Shown one piece after another: positions 29,654-43,611 of a stretch of DNA of 64,000 nt. The notes below the pieces were generated by a model. That model saw only the letters and a list, made by a program, of their open reading frames with translations. It was not told the origin of the DNA and made no database searches. The stretch is from positions 14,446,001-14,510,000 of the forward strand of contig OX597834.1 in assembly GCA_951406725.2 (NCBI GenBank). Direction: 5' to 3'. The stretch is from Octopus vulgaris. Its lineage: Eukaryota. Each line of letters begins with the position of its first letter. The first letter of the stretch is position 1. A program made the position numbers and the translations under genes.

Positions 29654-29806
29654 TAAATAGAGAGATAGATAGGACTGCATCTATGAATAGGCTGCATTAT
29701 GAATGGTAAAATATCGGTATCTTTTAATCAACCACGTGGTTATAGACGGGAACAAACCAACATAGATTGTCAACTGGTGTTGGGGGACAAACGTTTGTGC
29801 TTTTGT

Positions 29807-30049
29807 GAAGTTAACAGCTATAGCTAAGCTAATGTGGCAGTTCATAAATGAAAGATTAAAGCTGCCGTAGCTCCGAGAGGCCATCGTCTCTAGCTAGCTA
29901 AACGACACACGAACCTGTGTCCATTATAACCTTCAGGTTCGTGTGTCGTATACCTAGCTAGAGGTGATGGCCTCTTGGAGCTAATCAGCGCCAGCTTTAG
30001 TCTTATATTTATGGACTGTCACATTACCTTGGCGATAACTGTTAATTTC
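29807..30049. mobile_element. Fold-back/MITE-like hairpin with ~110-bp arms and a 16-nt loop
   Basis: 29807-29917 pairs with 29934-30049 (for example acgacacacgaacctg / caggttcgtgtgtcgt). Confidence 0.8.
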
Positions 30050-30115
30050 TAGTATAGCTGCCGTACTTTCCTTTAGAGAGACTTAGAAATTTTATTACTG
30101 ATATATGTATATACT

Positions 30116-30501
30116 GTGGAGGCGTAATGGCCCAGTGGTTAGGGCAGCGGACTCGCGGTCGCAGGATCGTGGTTTCGATTCCCAGACCGGGCGTTTTGAG
30201 TGTTTATTGAGCGAAAACACCTAAAGGCTCCATGAGGCTCCGGCAGGGGATAGTGATCCCTGCTGTACTCTTTCACCACAACTTTCTCTCACTCTTACTT
30301 CCTGTTTCTGTTGTACCTGTATTTCAAAGGGCCGGCATTGTCACTCTCTGTGTCACGCTGAATATCCCCGAGAACTACGTTAAGGGTGCACATGTCTGTG
30401 GAGTGCTCAGCCACTTACACGTTAATTTCACGAGCAGGCTGTTCCGTTGATTCGGATCAACCGGAACCCTCGTCGTCGTAACCGACGGAGTGCTTCCATC
30501 C
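30116..30501 (+). mobile_element. SINE C with tail type 1, full length
   Basis: A box TGGCCCAGTGG, B box GTTTCGATTCC; candidate TSD atatact at 30109-30115 and 30502-30508. Confidence 0.92.
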
Positions 30502-31092
30502 ATATACTAGCGATGTACATACGCAGCCATTTATGTATTACTATAGTTAACAATTGTCATCCCTTTGCTACTATTTTTTCCATATTTCCATAGATTGTAA
30601 ACAACGTCTAAGTTCGGTTTTAAGGCGATTAGTTATTCTTTATAAACGTTCATTACTCACTCGTCGCTCTTCGCTCTTACAGCCCGACTTCCCCATACGC
30701 AGATTCTTTCGATGAATTTTCTCAACATAAATAAAAGAAGCTAAATTTTACACTTGCTTGTTTTAATTCACTGAGTCAGAATGTGTAAAACACGAAAGAC
30801 AAATAAAACGTCAGACGAGTCAGAAAATATGAAAAGAAAATATAGAAATTCAGAAAAACAAATCTGCGTCACTTAATGAAGACCCAAGAAATGAAAACAA
30901 AGATTTAAATATTATTTGGTCAATGTTTAGCAAACATATATGCAACAATCTGCAGTAACAAAGGCTTTTTTTCCAAAATGTACTATTAAATGAAAAGTAA
31001 ATTCTAAGACAGATTTATCGATCTATTTATCTATCTATGTATCTATCTACATATCTATCTATGTACCTATCTATGTATCTATCTATCTATAA

Positions 31093-31322
31093 TATGTAAC
31101 AATTATCCGGTAGTCATGCTAAAACTCCGAGATTCAGATTTCGGTTGTCGATGGCTCGATAGCTGAAGAGATGCCGGCGTGGGTTGCCGTCCCAACATCC
31201 GAAACTGGGAGTTCCATCATGGCTAACAAATAATTGTCACATAATATATTTACAGATAAATACCTATATTTAAATAATATCGAGGTCTCTTTCATTCTTT
31301 TGTTGTCTTACCATTTTTATCA
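31093..31322 (+). mobile_element. Hammerhead-like unit with an inverted 5' copy (Penelope-like remnant)
   Basis: CTGAAGA 31163-31169, gatg/catc stem, GAAA 31201-31204; 31093-31150 is an imperfect inverted copy of 31193-31243; 31164-31300 is homologous to 60766-60905. Confidence 0.7.
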
Positions 31323-31404
31323 ATACATACATACATGCATACATACATACATACATACATACATACATACATACATACATGCATACATACATACATACAT
31401 ACAT

Positions 31405-31506
<102 letters not shown>

Positions 31507-31540
31507 GGATGGATGAATGGATGGATGGACAGTTAGATAT

Positions 31541-31680
31541 GTTTCTTTATTAGCCACACAGGGCTGCACACAGACGGGACAAATTACAAGGTAGAGCTTT
31601 TCTTTTGGGGGATAAAAAAAGGGGGTTTGGTTTTCAACCAAAAGGAATCGTAAAAGGAAAGAAAGAGGAAAACAAAAAAA
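31541..31680 (-). mobile_element. Second copy of the (GATA)n-associated retroelement 3' end
   Basis: Homologous to 7847-8027; abuts a CATA/GACA/GATA array at 31325-31540. Confidence 0.78.
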
Positions 31681-32621
31681 AATAGATATAGTTATATACA
31701 TATATTTATATTTATATAGAGAAAGAGAGGAGAGAGAGGGCGAGAGCGAGGAAGATAGAGAAAGAGAGACACCACAAATGTTCAAGAAACCTTCCTGTTG
31801 AATATCTTCCTTATAATTTTCTATGTACCGGTCCTAATAATAACCCAGTTCATGAATTATGGTAATATGTTGTTACAGATACACAATATATATGAAAGAG
31901 TGAACCAATGACTACAAAGTAATAATATATTTCCTATTTTACTGAAAAAAGCAGAAAAAAACTTTGCCGCGAGGCATTCATGAGGCACATTTTAAATGGA
32001 ATATTATTTGGAGACATCATCCATTCAATAATAGAGTTCTAATTGGATTTAGAGATAAGTCGATCAATAAAATATATTATATGATCAGATCCTTTTCTAC
32101 GTCTTGTAATTTTTAGTAATTGGTAATTTCTTAGTGTAGATTATCAGTGTAAAATTTACTCTAGATTAAGATCTTTTCTTCATCCCTTAATCAAGAAGAA
32201 AGGACGGTGCATGTCGCCTTTTACAGATCCTTCGAGAGATGGTGGAAGTAAAGTGCTTTTGTACCGGAGTCAAGAATACTGGGAGTGAAGTGAATACAAT
32301 TAAACTTACACAAGTACAAGTTAGTGCTGATAAGAGAGGCAACAGACTACGTTTACGATATCTCTCTCTCTTTGTCTCTCTTTCTCTATTCATATAAATA
32401 TATATATATGATGTGTGTACAACGATATCCATTCATAAATATATGTATATGCATACACATATATATCCAAATAAGTACATAAATGTGTATGTATATACAT
32501 ATATATATGCACACATATATATATATGTATATAGATGTATATATACATATATATATGCTTATATACATATACATAAATGTATACATGTGTGTATATATAC
32601 ATGTATATACACATATATAGA

Positions 32622-32865
32622 GGGAGTGTGTAGTAAGTAGTTAGCTTACCGACAACATGGTTCCGGATAACTCTCTCCGCGTGGAACCTTAAGCAAGTGT
32701 CTTCTACTATAGCTTCGGGCCGACCAAAGACTTGTGAGTCCGGCAAAAGAATCCGATAGAATAAGTACTAGGCTAAACAAAGAATAAGTTCTGGGGTCGA
32801 TTTGCTCCACTAAAGGCGGTGCTCCAGCATGGCCGCACTCAAATTACTGAAAACAAGGAAAGAGA
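32622..32865 (+). mobile_element. SINE A with an internal deletion (head fused to tail, microsatellite lost)
   Basis: Head to ...gacttgtgagtc joins directly to cggcaaaaga...gatagaataagtactagg. Confidence 0.8.
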
Positions 32866-33179
32866 GCACAAGTGCATGTGTATGGATGTGATAAACAGAA
32901 AGAGAAAGAAGTCCCTCTTAAATATATATATATATACATATAGACACATACATGTATTTGTGTGAGCGTGTGTGTGTGTGTGTGTACTCACCACCGATGT
33001 TGGTGTTCTTAAGTCCGCATATTATAGCCTTTCGGCACAGGATCCGATAGACTAGGTGCCAAACTTAAATTATGAATACACTGGGATTCTTGATTCCATT
33101 AAAATCCTTCAAGGCGGTGCTGCAGCTTGGCCGCAGTTTGATGACTTAAACAAGTAAAAATATAAATAACCCTTTGTAT

Positions 33180-33552
33180 CTTAGGAACAAGGCCTGACAT
33201 TTGAGGAACGGGTATAGTCCATTACATCGACCCCAGTACTCCACCGTTATTTATTTCCTCGACCCGGGAAGGATGAAAGGCAAAGATCGTCCTCTGCGAA
33301 ATTTGAACTCAGAACGTAGCGGCAGACGTAATACCCTCACGGGGCTAAACACAGACAGGACAAACAAGGACAGACAGACGAATTAAGTCGATTACATCGA
33401 TCCCGGTGCGTAACTGGTACTTATTTAATCGACCCCGAAAGGATCAAAGGCAAAGTCGACCTCAGCGGAATTTTGGACTCAGAACGTAACGGCAGACGAA
33501 ATACCGCTAAGCGTTTAGCCCGGCGTGCTAACGTTTCTGCCAGCCTGCCGCC
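33180..33552 (-). mobile_element. Two adjacent or nested SINE B copies (old 33180-33330, young 33335-33552)
   Basis: The core gaccccgaaaggatgaaaggcaaag...gaactcagaacgt occurs twice, with minor variants. Confidence 0.85.
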
Positions 33553-34087
33553 TTTGCAACAGACAAATAATACAAGATATATAGTTATATTTCATTCTAA
33601 AGCTCAAGAAATGTTTCTATCGTTCAGTTATATGAAATGTGAACCTCACATGTAGTTACGTATGTTTTAAGCTTTCATTCTTATTTATCATTCACGTTCT
33701 TCATATGTAGTCTTTTTTTCTTCTTTGGTTTTTCTGCTAAATATTTTTGTATATATATATCAGTTTTAAATGTCAATATATATTACCGTATTTAGACAAA
33801 GAATCATGTTTATCAGGCAATTACGTAAACATTTAAAAAAAGAAAACGAATTCGAGATCTGGCGGTGATAAAATAAAGGATGGTATTTCCACTATTAAAT
33901 AAAGGGTGTGGGTATATGTCGCAACGTTCTATCTCTAATCTACATGATTTAGCTTCTTATTTGCAATACACTTCATTGTAAAGGATATTATACGTTGTTT
34001 GGCTTGTAATCAACATGAGGCACACCCTAATATTACTACTACTACTAATAGAAATAATCGCACAATGCGCAGAACGGTTAGTTCCAT

Positions 34088-34120
<33 letters not shown>

Positions 34121-34140
34121 CACTACTTCTACTGATAATG

Positions 34141-34243
<103 letters not shown>

Positions 34244-34251
34244 TAATAATA

Positions 34252-34521
34252 ATTCAAAAGTTAGTGCTCATGGGAACTGCTCATATCCTACGCAAAATAC
34301 TTTCTATGTAATCTCAAGTTTTAAAGCAAAAATAAGTTTCGTATGTTTTTTTTAGACATTCCCTTGTACAACACTAAATACAAAACCAAATATATGGCAC
34401 ACTAGGCATAACAACAACATGAATGTCCAGCCTGTTGTCTCTTGAGGTCTCTGGGTGAGACTTGGAGCCAAATTGTACAAATGTAAAGCAAAAGTTAAAC
34501 ATAAAACAATAATAATAATAA
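34252..34521 (+). mobile_element. R4/Dong-like LINE 3' end inserted in (TAA)n
   Basis: IQKLVLMGTAHILRKILSM* (stop 34309-34311), typical C-terminus of R4-clade ORFs; (TAA)n on both sides. Confidence 0.87.
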
Positions 34522-34881
34522 GTTCTGAGTTCAAATTCCACACCGGTCTATTTTGCCTGTCCTCATTCCGGCGTCGATGAAATAAATACTAGTAGAGTAC
34601 TTGTATTTATCCTTTACTTGTTTCAGTCATCAGAGTACGACCATGCTAGGGTACCGCCTTGAAGGATTTTAATCGAATCAAGAGACCCGGGCTTTTCATA
34701 ATAATAATTTGAGGGGAAGGGGATAAGTCGATTACAACAACCCAAGTATTCATCATCATCATGATCATGATCATCATCATGATCATCATCATGACCATTA
34801 TCCTCACCGTCAACATGACTGGCACCGGTTTTATCTTTTCTTCTTCAATGACAACAACAACTACTACTGCTACTTACTACA

Positions 34882-34955
<74 letters not shown>

Positions 34956-35162
34956 CACTACTATTACTACTTCAACTTCTGCTACTACTATGCGATTTCA
35001 TTTTATGTAGTTTTTCTCTAACCTCACTTCTTTTACTCATTTCATCATACTAGATTTATTTTCTATTAAAATTCTATGTCTCTGCTCAATTTTTCTTACA
35101 TCAGTTACATTTATCACAATGACTGTATTCGTCACTAATATCATAATAACAGCAACAACGAC

Positions 35163-35200
<38 letters not shown>

Positions 35201-35269
35201 TAATGATAATAATAATAATAATAATAATAACAATAATAATAACAATAACAATAACAATAATCATTTCTA

Positions 35270-35455
35270 CTATAGGAGGAGGGGTGTAGCCGGTTAAATA
35301 GACACCAGTGTTTCGCTGGTATCTAATTTATGGAAGTCGGATGTATGAAAGGCAAAATCGACCTCGGCGGTATTTGAACTCAAAACGTTGAGACAGACGA
35401 GATGCCGCTCAGCATTTCGTCCGGTGTACTTTCGGCTCTGTTAGTTCGCCGCCTG
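35270..35455 (-). mobile_element. Old SINE B-type copy
   Basis: atgaaaggcaaaatcgacctcggcggtatttgaactc. Confidence 0.7.
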
Positions 35456-35562
35456 AATAGCAGTAATAATCACAACAGTAGTGGTAGTAAGAATAATAAT
35501 AATAAAATAATAATAATAATAATAAATATAATAAATAATGATGATGATGATCATCATCATGG

Positions 35563-35620
<58 letters not shown>

Positions 35621-35646
35621 TACTATAATTAATACAACTACCACCG

Positions 35647-35684
<38 letters not shown>

Positions 35685-36153
35685 GCTACTACTACTACTG
35701 CTACTACTAATGCTACTACTGCTGCTGCTACTTCTAATACTACTACCATCACCGCCACTACTAATACTACTACTGCTACTACTACTGCTGCTACTACTAC
35801 TACTACTACTACTACTAGTATGTCATCTCTTGTTTGCCGTTGTCGTCGTTTCTCTTGGTGCGTCTGTTGATGTTATTGTTATTCACATTTTTAACATCTT
35901 TACTAAAATATTTTATAATTTTCATTGAAGTATATACATTTATGTGTGAATTTATTGTTTTTCTTTGTTTTATTCATCATTACTTTTTCATTGTCTTTCT
36001 TATTTTGTTAATATATATTTCCTGTATCTTTTCTCTCTCTCTCTCTTTCTCTCTGTTTTTATCTTTTTTATTTCTTTTCGTTTTCTTTGTTTCAAACACA
36101 AATCATTATCTTTGACATTTTTCTGCTTTGAAGAATGTACACAAACGTTTCTC

Positions 36154-36205
<52 letters not shown>

Positions 36206-36849
36206 GTAATAATAATAATCATTACGATGATAATAATGCTAATAAAAACAATAATAGCAAAATACCAACAACAACAACTGGAAAACAATGAGAAAAACCA
36301 GGAAGAAAGAAAAATTCAAGAAAAATGTATTCTTTTATTTCAAAAAAATATTCATCAACTTTTGAGAGATTTATAAAATGCCAAGTTTTAACCACAAATT
36401 ATTATGTCTGGTTTGTTAGGTGCTTACGTCAAAGAAAAGAATATGCTTTATCATTGGAGATTAGAGTAACATTTCAGAAATAGAATTGCTATGAATAATG
36501 AAGTAGAAATCTTTACAAAATCAAAACGGAAAAAAAAAAATAACGATATTAAAATATTTTATTCATGTATAAAATATATTTGTAGCTTTTCAAAGTCAGA
36601 GACGGCCGACACTAGAGTCTCTTTGATTGCCATCAAGCTGTAAATAACTATTATGAAATGCCGGTGTAAAAACAAAAAAAAGAATATACCTTTTCCGTGT
36701 AAACATCGAAACATTGCATAGTTAATGAGTAGATCTTTACTGTGTTACATCGGGTTCGAATCCTGCAAATATATTAAAATTTCATTTTCTGTGTTTATTT
36801 GTATCATCATAGACAAACCATTTACAGGGGTCCATGTTTTCAGAATCGT

Positions 36850-37040
36850 TGACAAGCCAGGCAAAATACTTAGCGGCGTTTCGTTTGTGTTTACGTTCGG
36901 AGTTCAAATTCTGCTCAGCTCGACTCTGTCTCTCACCGTCTCAGCAGTGATATATTAAGAACCATTAAGATACAGGGTCAGAGTAATCGATTTAACTCTT
37001 CCCCTTAAATTGCTCTCGTTGCCCCAAAATTTGAAACAAA
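36850..37040 (+). mobile_element. Old SINE B head with an alternative tail
   Basis: cttagcggcgtttcgt...gagttcaaattc...aaattgctctcgttgccccaaaatttgaaac. Confidence 0.65.
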
Positions 37041-37122
37041 TACAGAGACAACTTATGATACGTTTCCGAAAATGCACATGGTGAATTTTTGACAAATGTC
37101 AACTATCTCATATCGTCTACAG

Positions 37123-37180
37123 CTGTGGTTCCCAACCTGGGGTCCGGTGCCTCCTGGTGGTACTCAAAATTAGTACTTGG
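37123..37180 (+). mobile_element. Solitary hAT (Charlie-like) terminal inverted repeat
   Basis: ctgtggttcccaacctggggtcc resembles the CAGTGGTTCCCAACCT hAT terminus; no partner end seen. Confidence 0.5.
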
Positions 37181-37209
37181 GTCCAGAAACAAAATAATAT
37201 ATATATATG

Positions 37210-37257
<48 letters not shown>

Positions 37258-38489
37258 GGGGGGGGGGGTATGTGTGCATATATATATACATACATATATA
37301 TGTGTGTGCATATAATATAGATAGATAGATAGATAGATAGATAGGTATTTATATATAGTTAGCTAGTTACGTGGCGATATATATGTATGTGTATATACAT
37401 ACCTACGTGCATACATACATGCTTATATATATGATCGCCCTGTTCATTGCACAGATAATAAAACAGAGGCTGGGAGGTATGAGCACTAGTTACAACCATA
37501 CCAATCGTTTAGTTTCAGATGACCGGGGAGATACATATAATCTCACCTACCCGAATTATATATCCTTTAAAATTATATATGTATTCTCGCTTACTTTATT
37601 AACAGGTGAAATTTCAAAATGCAATTAGACAAAATCATTATGTAATTACGACTACCTGCGTTAATACATTCAATATTTATACTCCTTACTCCTGAATGCA
37701 CATTTATATGCTGTTGTTTAGAAACCTATTCAATCATTCATCTGCGACAGTTAAACTATGTAGATGTATTACCTACGTGTCGTCTCCTTTTGGTATTGCT
37801 GTGTATTTGAACAATACAGACATTTTACTCTATCATTTTCTTACAATATATTCATTTTCATGTTTCACATTTCTGCTTTTATCACGTTGACAATTTCTAT
37901 GATATTTTCTCTTATTAATCGCGAAATTTTCGACGTTTTACGTCATTCACAAAGCGAGAAAAATGGCACATATTCATATATTGTTATATGTGTTGCATTA
38001 ATATTCGCCATTTTATTATATTTTCTTGTACTTCCATTCAATTCAGTTTCACTTCATTTTCTTACCGACACCAATACTCATTAAAGTCATTAAATATTTG
38101 CTTAAAACACATCTTTTTCTTTACCTTTACTCAACAATTGTCTTCTATCTTCAATACGTATATACATTTCAAAAATTTTAATAGGTATTTGCCAGTCTTT
38201 ATCTACTCTGCAATACAAAACATTCATGGATATAAAGCGTTAAGCGTCGGTCTGAGATCTATTGTGGCCAATACGTTCATTATGAGCTCTTTACCTTTGC
38301 ACTTTCACTAATAGGATGAGGTTGTTTGTAGCAGGAATAAATTGAGAGATGACATACCAGTACCCCATCACACAGACATCTGCGCTAAGTATATGACGAT
38401 ATAAGATAGTCTCAGCTCAATTTATTAGTTTTATTAGTAAGGTTTGCCAGCCTTTCACAACCTGGCTCCTATGAATCAGTGTCGGATTT

Positions 38490-38725
38490 TATTGGAACCA
38501 ATGGATATGAAAGAAATCGTAGTTATTGAGGACCTAGCCGGAAAGCTAAAGTCACTATGGAAGACTACGACAATAATTTTCTCTTGGTGACTAACGCACT
38601 TCGAACGAGACTACAAAGGCTGTCTAGAAGTGTGCAAGACATTGGAATTGAGACACGAATTATAGACCTACAGAAAAGTATATTTCACTATTTTGTAATC
38701 TTAATAAAAGTTTTTGGGTTTTGAA
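38490..38725 (+). pseudogene. Decayed C-terminus of a second R4/Dong-like ORF (restriction-like endonuclease region)
   Basis: EDLAGKLKSLWKT...LVTNALRT...DIGIETRIIDLQKSIFHY...KVFGF* (compare YxDLxxExxxxW...IGALG...LQK...RKVL). Confidence 0.7.
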
Positions 38726-38920
38726 GTATTTGTCACCAAATATCAAGATTAAATTCCTGCTAATTAAATTCGCATCTTCTAGCTTAATGATCCTCATGTT
38801 AATAATTAATGCCGTGTGATAGTAAACTGAATATCGGAGAAATTAAGATGATTGAACACTATCAACATGTAGACAGAGACATGTCGAAATAGAGAAACAC
38901 AAAACTGGTACTTGTTCCTC

Positions 38921-39090
38921 TCTCTTTACTCTTTACTCTTTGGTCGAGCAAATAGACCTCGGGACTTATTCTTTGTAAGCCCAGTACTTATTCTATCAGT
39001 CTCTTTTGCCGAACCGCTAAGTGACGGGGACGTAAACACACCAGCATCGGTTGTCAAGCAATGCTAGGGGGAACAAACACAGACACACAA

Positions 39091-39125
<35 letters not shown>

Positions 39126-39297
39126 CATATATACGACAGGCTTCTTTCAGTTTCCGTCTACCAAATCCACTCACAAGGCATTGGTCGGCCCGCGGCTATA
39201 GCAGAAGACACTTGCCCAAGATGCCACGCAGTCGGACTGAACCCGGAACCATATGGTTGTTTAGCAAGCTACTTACCACACAGCCACTCCTGCGCCT
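38921..39297 (-). mobile_element. SINE family A
   Basis: High identity to 1373-1780 with a deletion in the tail. Confidence 0.9.
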
Positions 39298-39299
39298 CT

Positions 39300-39540
39300 G
39301 TTTATTTTTTTATTTTTTTAATGCCCACAATGGGATAAACATAGACGGGAGAAACAAGGACAGACAAAGGGATTAAATCGATTACATCGACCACAGAGTG
39401 TAACTGGTGCTTATTCAATCGACTCCGAAAGAATTAAAGGCAAAGTCGACCTCGGCGGAATTTGAACTCAGAACAGTAAGACACACGAAATATCGCTAAG
39501 CATTTCGCCCGGCGTGCTAACGTTTCTGCCAGCCTGCCAC
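39300..39540 (-). mobile_element. SINE family B abutting the SINE A head
   Basis: Reverse complement of SINE B. Confidence 0.88.
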
Positions 39541-39979
39541 TTGTTCCTCGGTTACGTGATACAACACGCAAAGAAATTGAAGCTAAATTAAACGGAGACG
39601 GGAATTAGCGATCTGTAGAAAATGCCATCTTCTATTCCCAAATAAACTCCAAAATTCTTAGGGAAAACTTCCTACTAATCTTCAGGATAACATTGATTCT
39701 TTTACAAGTGTTGGTCCTTTGGCTGCGGCCTTTATGCATCAAATAATAATAATTCTCTGCAATTTTAAGGGGATGGGGTAAATCGATTATATGTGACTCA
39801 AGTATATTTTATAGATCAGGAAATAAGGAGTGACTGTGGTGACCTCATTGTGATTTGAACCCAGAACATAAAGAATCGACAGAATGGATCACGCTGAACA
39901 TGTTTTCCGACGCTCTAACGTATCTTCCAGCCTGTTGTCTTCATAATATTTGATCATAATAACCGTAGTGGTGATAATG

Positions 39980-40331
39980 TTGACGACGACCACGATCACG
40001 ACGATGATGATGATGATGACCCCGACGATGGTGACGTCGACGTCAATGATGATGATGTTCATGATGATGACGATGATGATGATGATGTTGATGGTGGTGG
40101 TGGTGGTGTTGGTGGTGGTTCTGTTGACGACGCGATGATTAGGACAATGGTGTTAATGATGATGATGATCATGACGATGATGATGATGATGATGTTGATG
40201 ATGATGATGATGATGATGATGATAGTGGTGGTGGTGGTGGTGGTGTGGTGGTGATGGTTGTGGTCTTGGTTGTGTTGACGACTGCGATGATTAGGACGAT
40301 GACGATGATGATGATGTTAATAATGATGATA

Positions 40332-40375
<44 letters not shown>

Positions 40376-40427
40376 AATGATAATGATGATGATGATGATG
40401 ATGATGATGATGTTAATAATGATGATA

Positions 40428-40471
<44 letters not shown>

Positions 40472-40549
40472 AATGATAATGATGATGATGATGATGATGA
40501 TGATGACGACAATGATGATTAGGAGGGTGACGATGATGACGACGACGAA

Positions 40550-40595
<46 letters not shown>

Positions 40596-40690
40596 ATGAC
40601 GATTATGATGATGATCATGATGATCATGATCATTATGATGTTGATGTTGCAGATGTTGATGACGATGATGACAAAGATGACGATGCTGCT
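39980..40690. repeat. (GAT)n/(GGT)n/(GAC)n compound microsatellite
   Basis: Directly visible; contains an internal ~96-bp duplication. Confidence 0.95.
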
Positions 40691-41789
40691 GCTAGCAACA
40701 ACAACAACAACAAAAAAATTAAAATATGAAAGATCTTGTAAGGTGACACGAAGCGTTTTATATATATTTCCTATCGATCGTTCAGAAAATCAGCAGTAAA
40801 AAAAAAGTCAACAGGAAACATTGTAAACGCAATGGAACGTACAAGCGAGTGGACAGCGAGACTGGAAATAATAAATATTAATTTTCTCCACGGAGGAAAA
40901 TTATGTCAATGAAAAATACATGAACGGTTTATATACAAACTACAATAAAATAAACTAAAACCAAAAAAAAAAAAAAAAAAATTGAAAGCAAATACATTCA
41001 GTGACGGAGCCATTGGAGACTGGGAATATATGTAAGCACACTTGCAATGTGATGTTTGATTAAACTAAATCTCTGATAGCGTGTTAGTGAAGTGAAGATT
41101 AGAAGCCGAGGGCGTAATTTTAAAACAATTTATATTTTGTTTACATTACTTTCAGTTGGTGCTACCGAGACGTTTTCTTCAACTCTGATTAAAACGGTGG
41201 CGACTAGTCAGTTTACAAATTCTGAACCTAGATGTAATTAAATTACTATAAATTTTCTAAACCTATTGTTGTATTAGATTTGATGGCAACGTTTTTCCCA
41301 GGATCTATGGAACCGAAAACTAAACATAGAATCGTTTCGACAATTACTTTTAAGCAGACGGAGAAGTATATAGAGGTGAAAACTGCAAGTGGTTGTTGTA
41401 AAATAGTGAAAACAACTGTAAAACAAACACGCTTTACAGAAATAGGTCCAGGCCGAGTATTGAGATGGTGTTATAGATGCTTTATTTACTGCCAAATTAA
41501 ACATCTCTACCAACACCCCCCAAAAAAAAAAATCAAATTTGTTGAAAGCATTGCGTCGATATTCGTCCATAAATGAATAGCACACGATTATAAAATGTAA
41601 AACGGGATATTGAATAAAAAATGCAAACAAATAAAGTCAGAAAAAAAGGAAATTATAAAAATGATAAATATTTTGATGATTATACGAAACAGTGCACGTT
41701 ATAATAGACGCATAGAAAGACGGTCAAAATAGGAGAGAACGCTATATGACAATCACGTAATTACTAATACAATCCTACATACAATGTCA

Positions 41790-42210
<421 letters not shown>

Positions 42211-43356
42211 AATACAAAAGAGATAAGTTCTATGTTTTATAGTTGAATAAGAAAACTAAGAAAAGAATTGGCAAGAAAATTTTATAGTAACAATATAATT
42301 AAATGAATGCAGTCAGGTAGAAACTATGACAGAAAATAATTAAACCTAATTCGAAAAGATAAAGCTCTTACAAATTGAACGTAGACAATTAACTCATAGA
42401 AAACGATGTAGAGCCGATAAAAAAGCGAATAGTTCTAAAGAAAAGCAAAAAGAAGGGAATCAGAATAACAATAAAAATTGGACGTTGAGACAAAGGAAAA
42501 GTGCAAGATATATCTAGCGAGTAAAAGTATCTAAGCAATTAGTTAAGAAAATTAAATTATGGGTATACGGGAAACTTAAGTGAGAGATTAAAAATAGACA
42601 AATGGAGACTGTTGATAATGTATAGCTTCAAGTGAAGAATATAAATCACAAAATTCAAAGAAGTTACACCTTACAAATAAGATGTATAGAATGGAACTCT
42701 ACAGAGTATATAGGAGCTAAACCACTACCCATAGAGATATGGAGGCCTTATGCGGTTTTCCCCCACAAAATATCGCTGAAATCATGCCTATAGTCTAATG
42801 CGTATACGCCCACGTTTTGGAGAGATATTGAAAAGGAAAGCACCGTCTTAATCCTTTTCTACTGAGAGCACAAGGCCTCAATAATTAATTTAAAACAAGG
42901 CGAGTAAACAGGCATTACATTTGACAGAGTAATTGGAATGCTAACGAGTTAACTGTTTGGAATCAGGATGTAATAAAAAGCCCTAATACTGAGAGCAGTT
43001 TAAAACGTTGCTGAACAGGATGGAAAACAGAACATTGGCTAAGTGGAAGAAGAAATCCAATGTTAGTGCATCTAGCAAAAACCATGTTATATACTCATGT
43101 ATATATATATATATGTATATATAGTACAAAGTAAGATAGGGTTATAAGGGTAACCCACTATGGGATATCAGTTATATATATATATACACACGCATATATA
43201 ATTTTATGTCCATGTACTCTATGAATACTATATATATAGCTGTTGAAACATTCCTGTCACAACATGGGATCTTGAAGACTGCTTAATTGCAAGAAAGTAT
43301 AGTAGTCCCTTAATATTTGATATTCAACATAAGACAATCAATACTTCACTTCATTT

Positions 43357-43394
<38 letters not shown>

Positions 43395-43496
43395 TATACT
43401 ATATATTCTATATTCTACATTAATATTATAAAAAATATAAATAAAACATATTCCTTTGAATAATATATAATCCTCTATACACAATCCTACAAACCC

Positions 43497-43543
<47 letters not shown>

Positions 43544-43544
43544 G

Positions 43545-43611
<67 letters not shown>

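Noticed and set aside
30120-30192. tRNA-Arg-like and other tRNA-like sequences (also 3372, 49060, 58444)
   Set aside because: They are SINE heads: they continue into SINE bodies, several copies have TSDs, and no proper acceptor stem is evident
41280-41576. 98-aa ORF containing a local hairpin at 41467-41517
   Set aside because: No recognisable protein family; the hairpin is more likely part of an old DNA-transposon remnant
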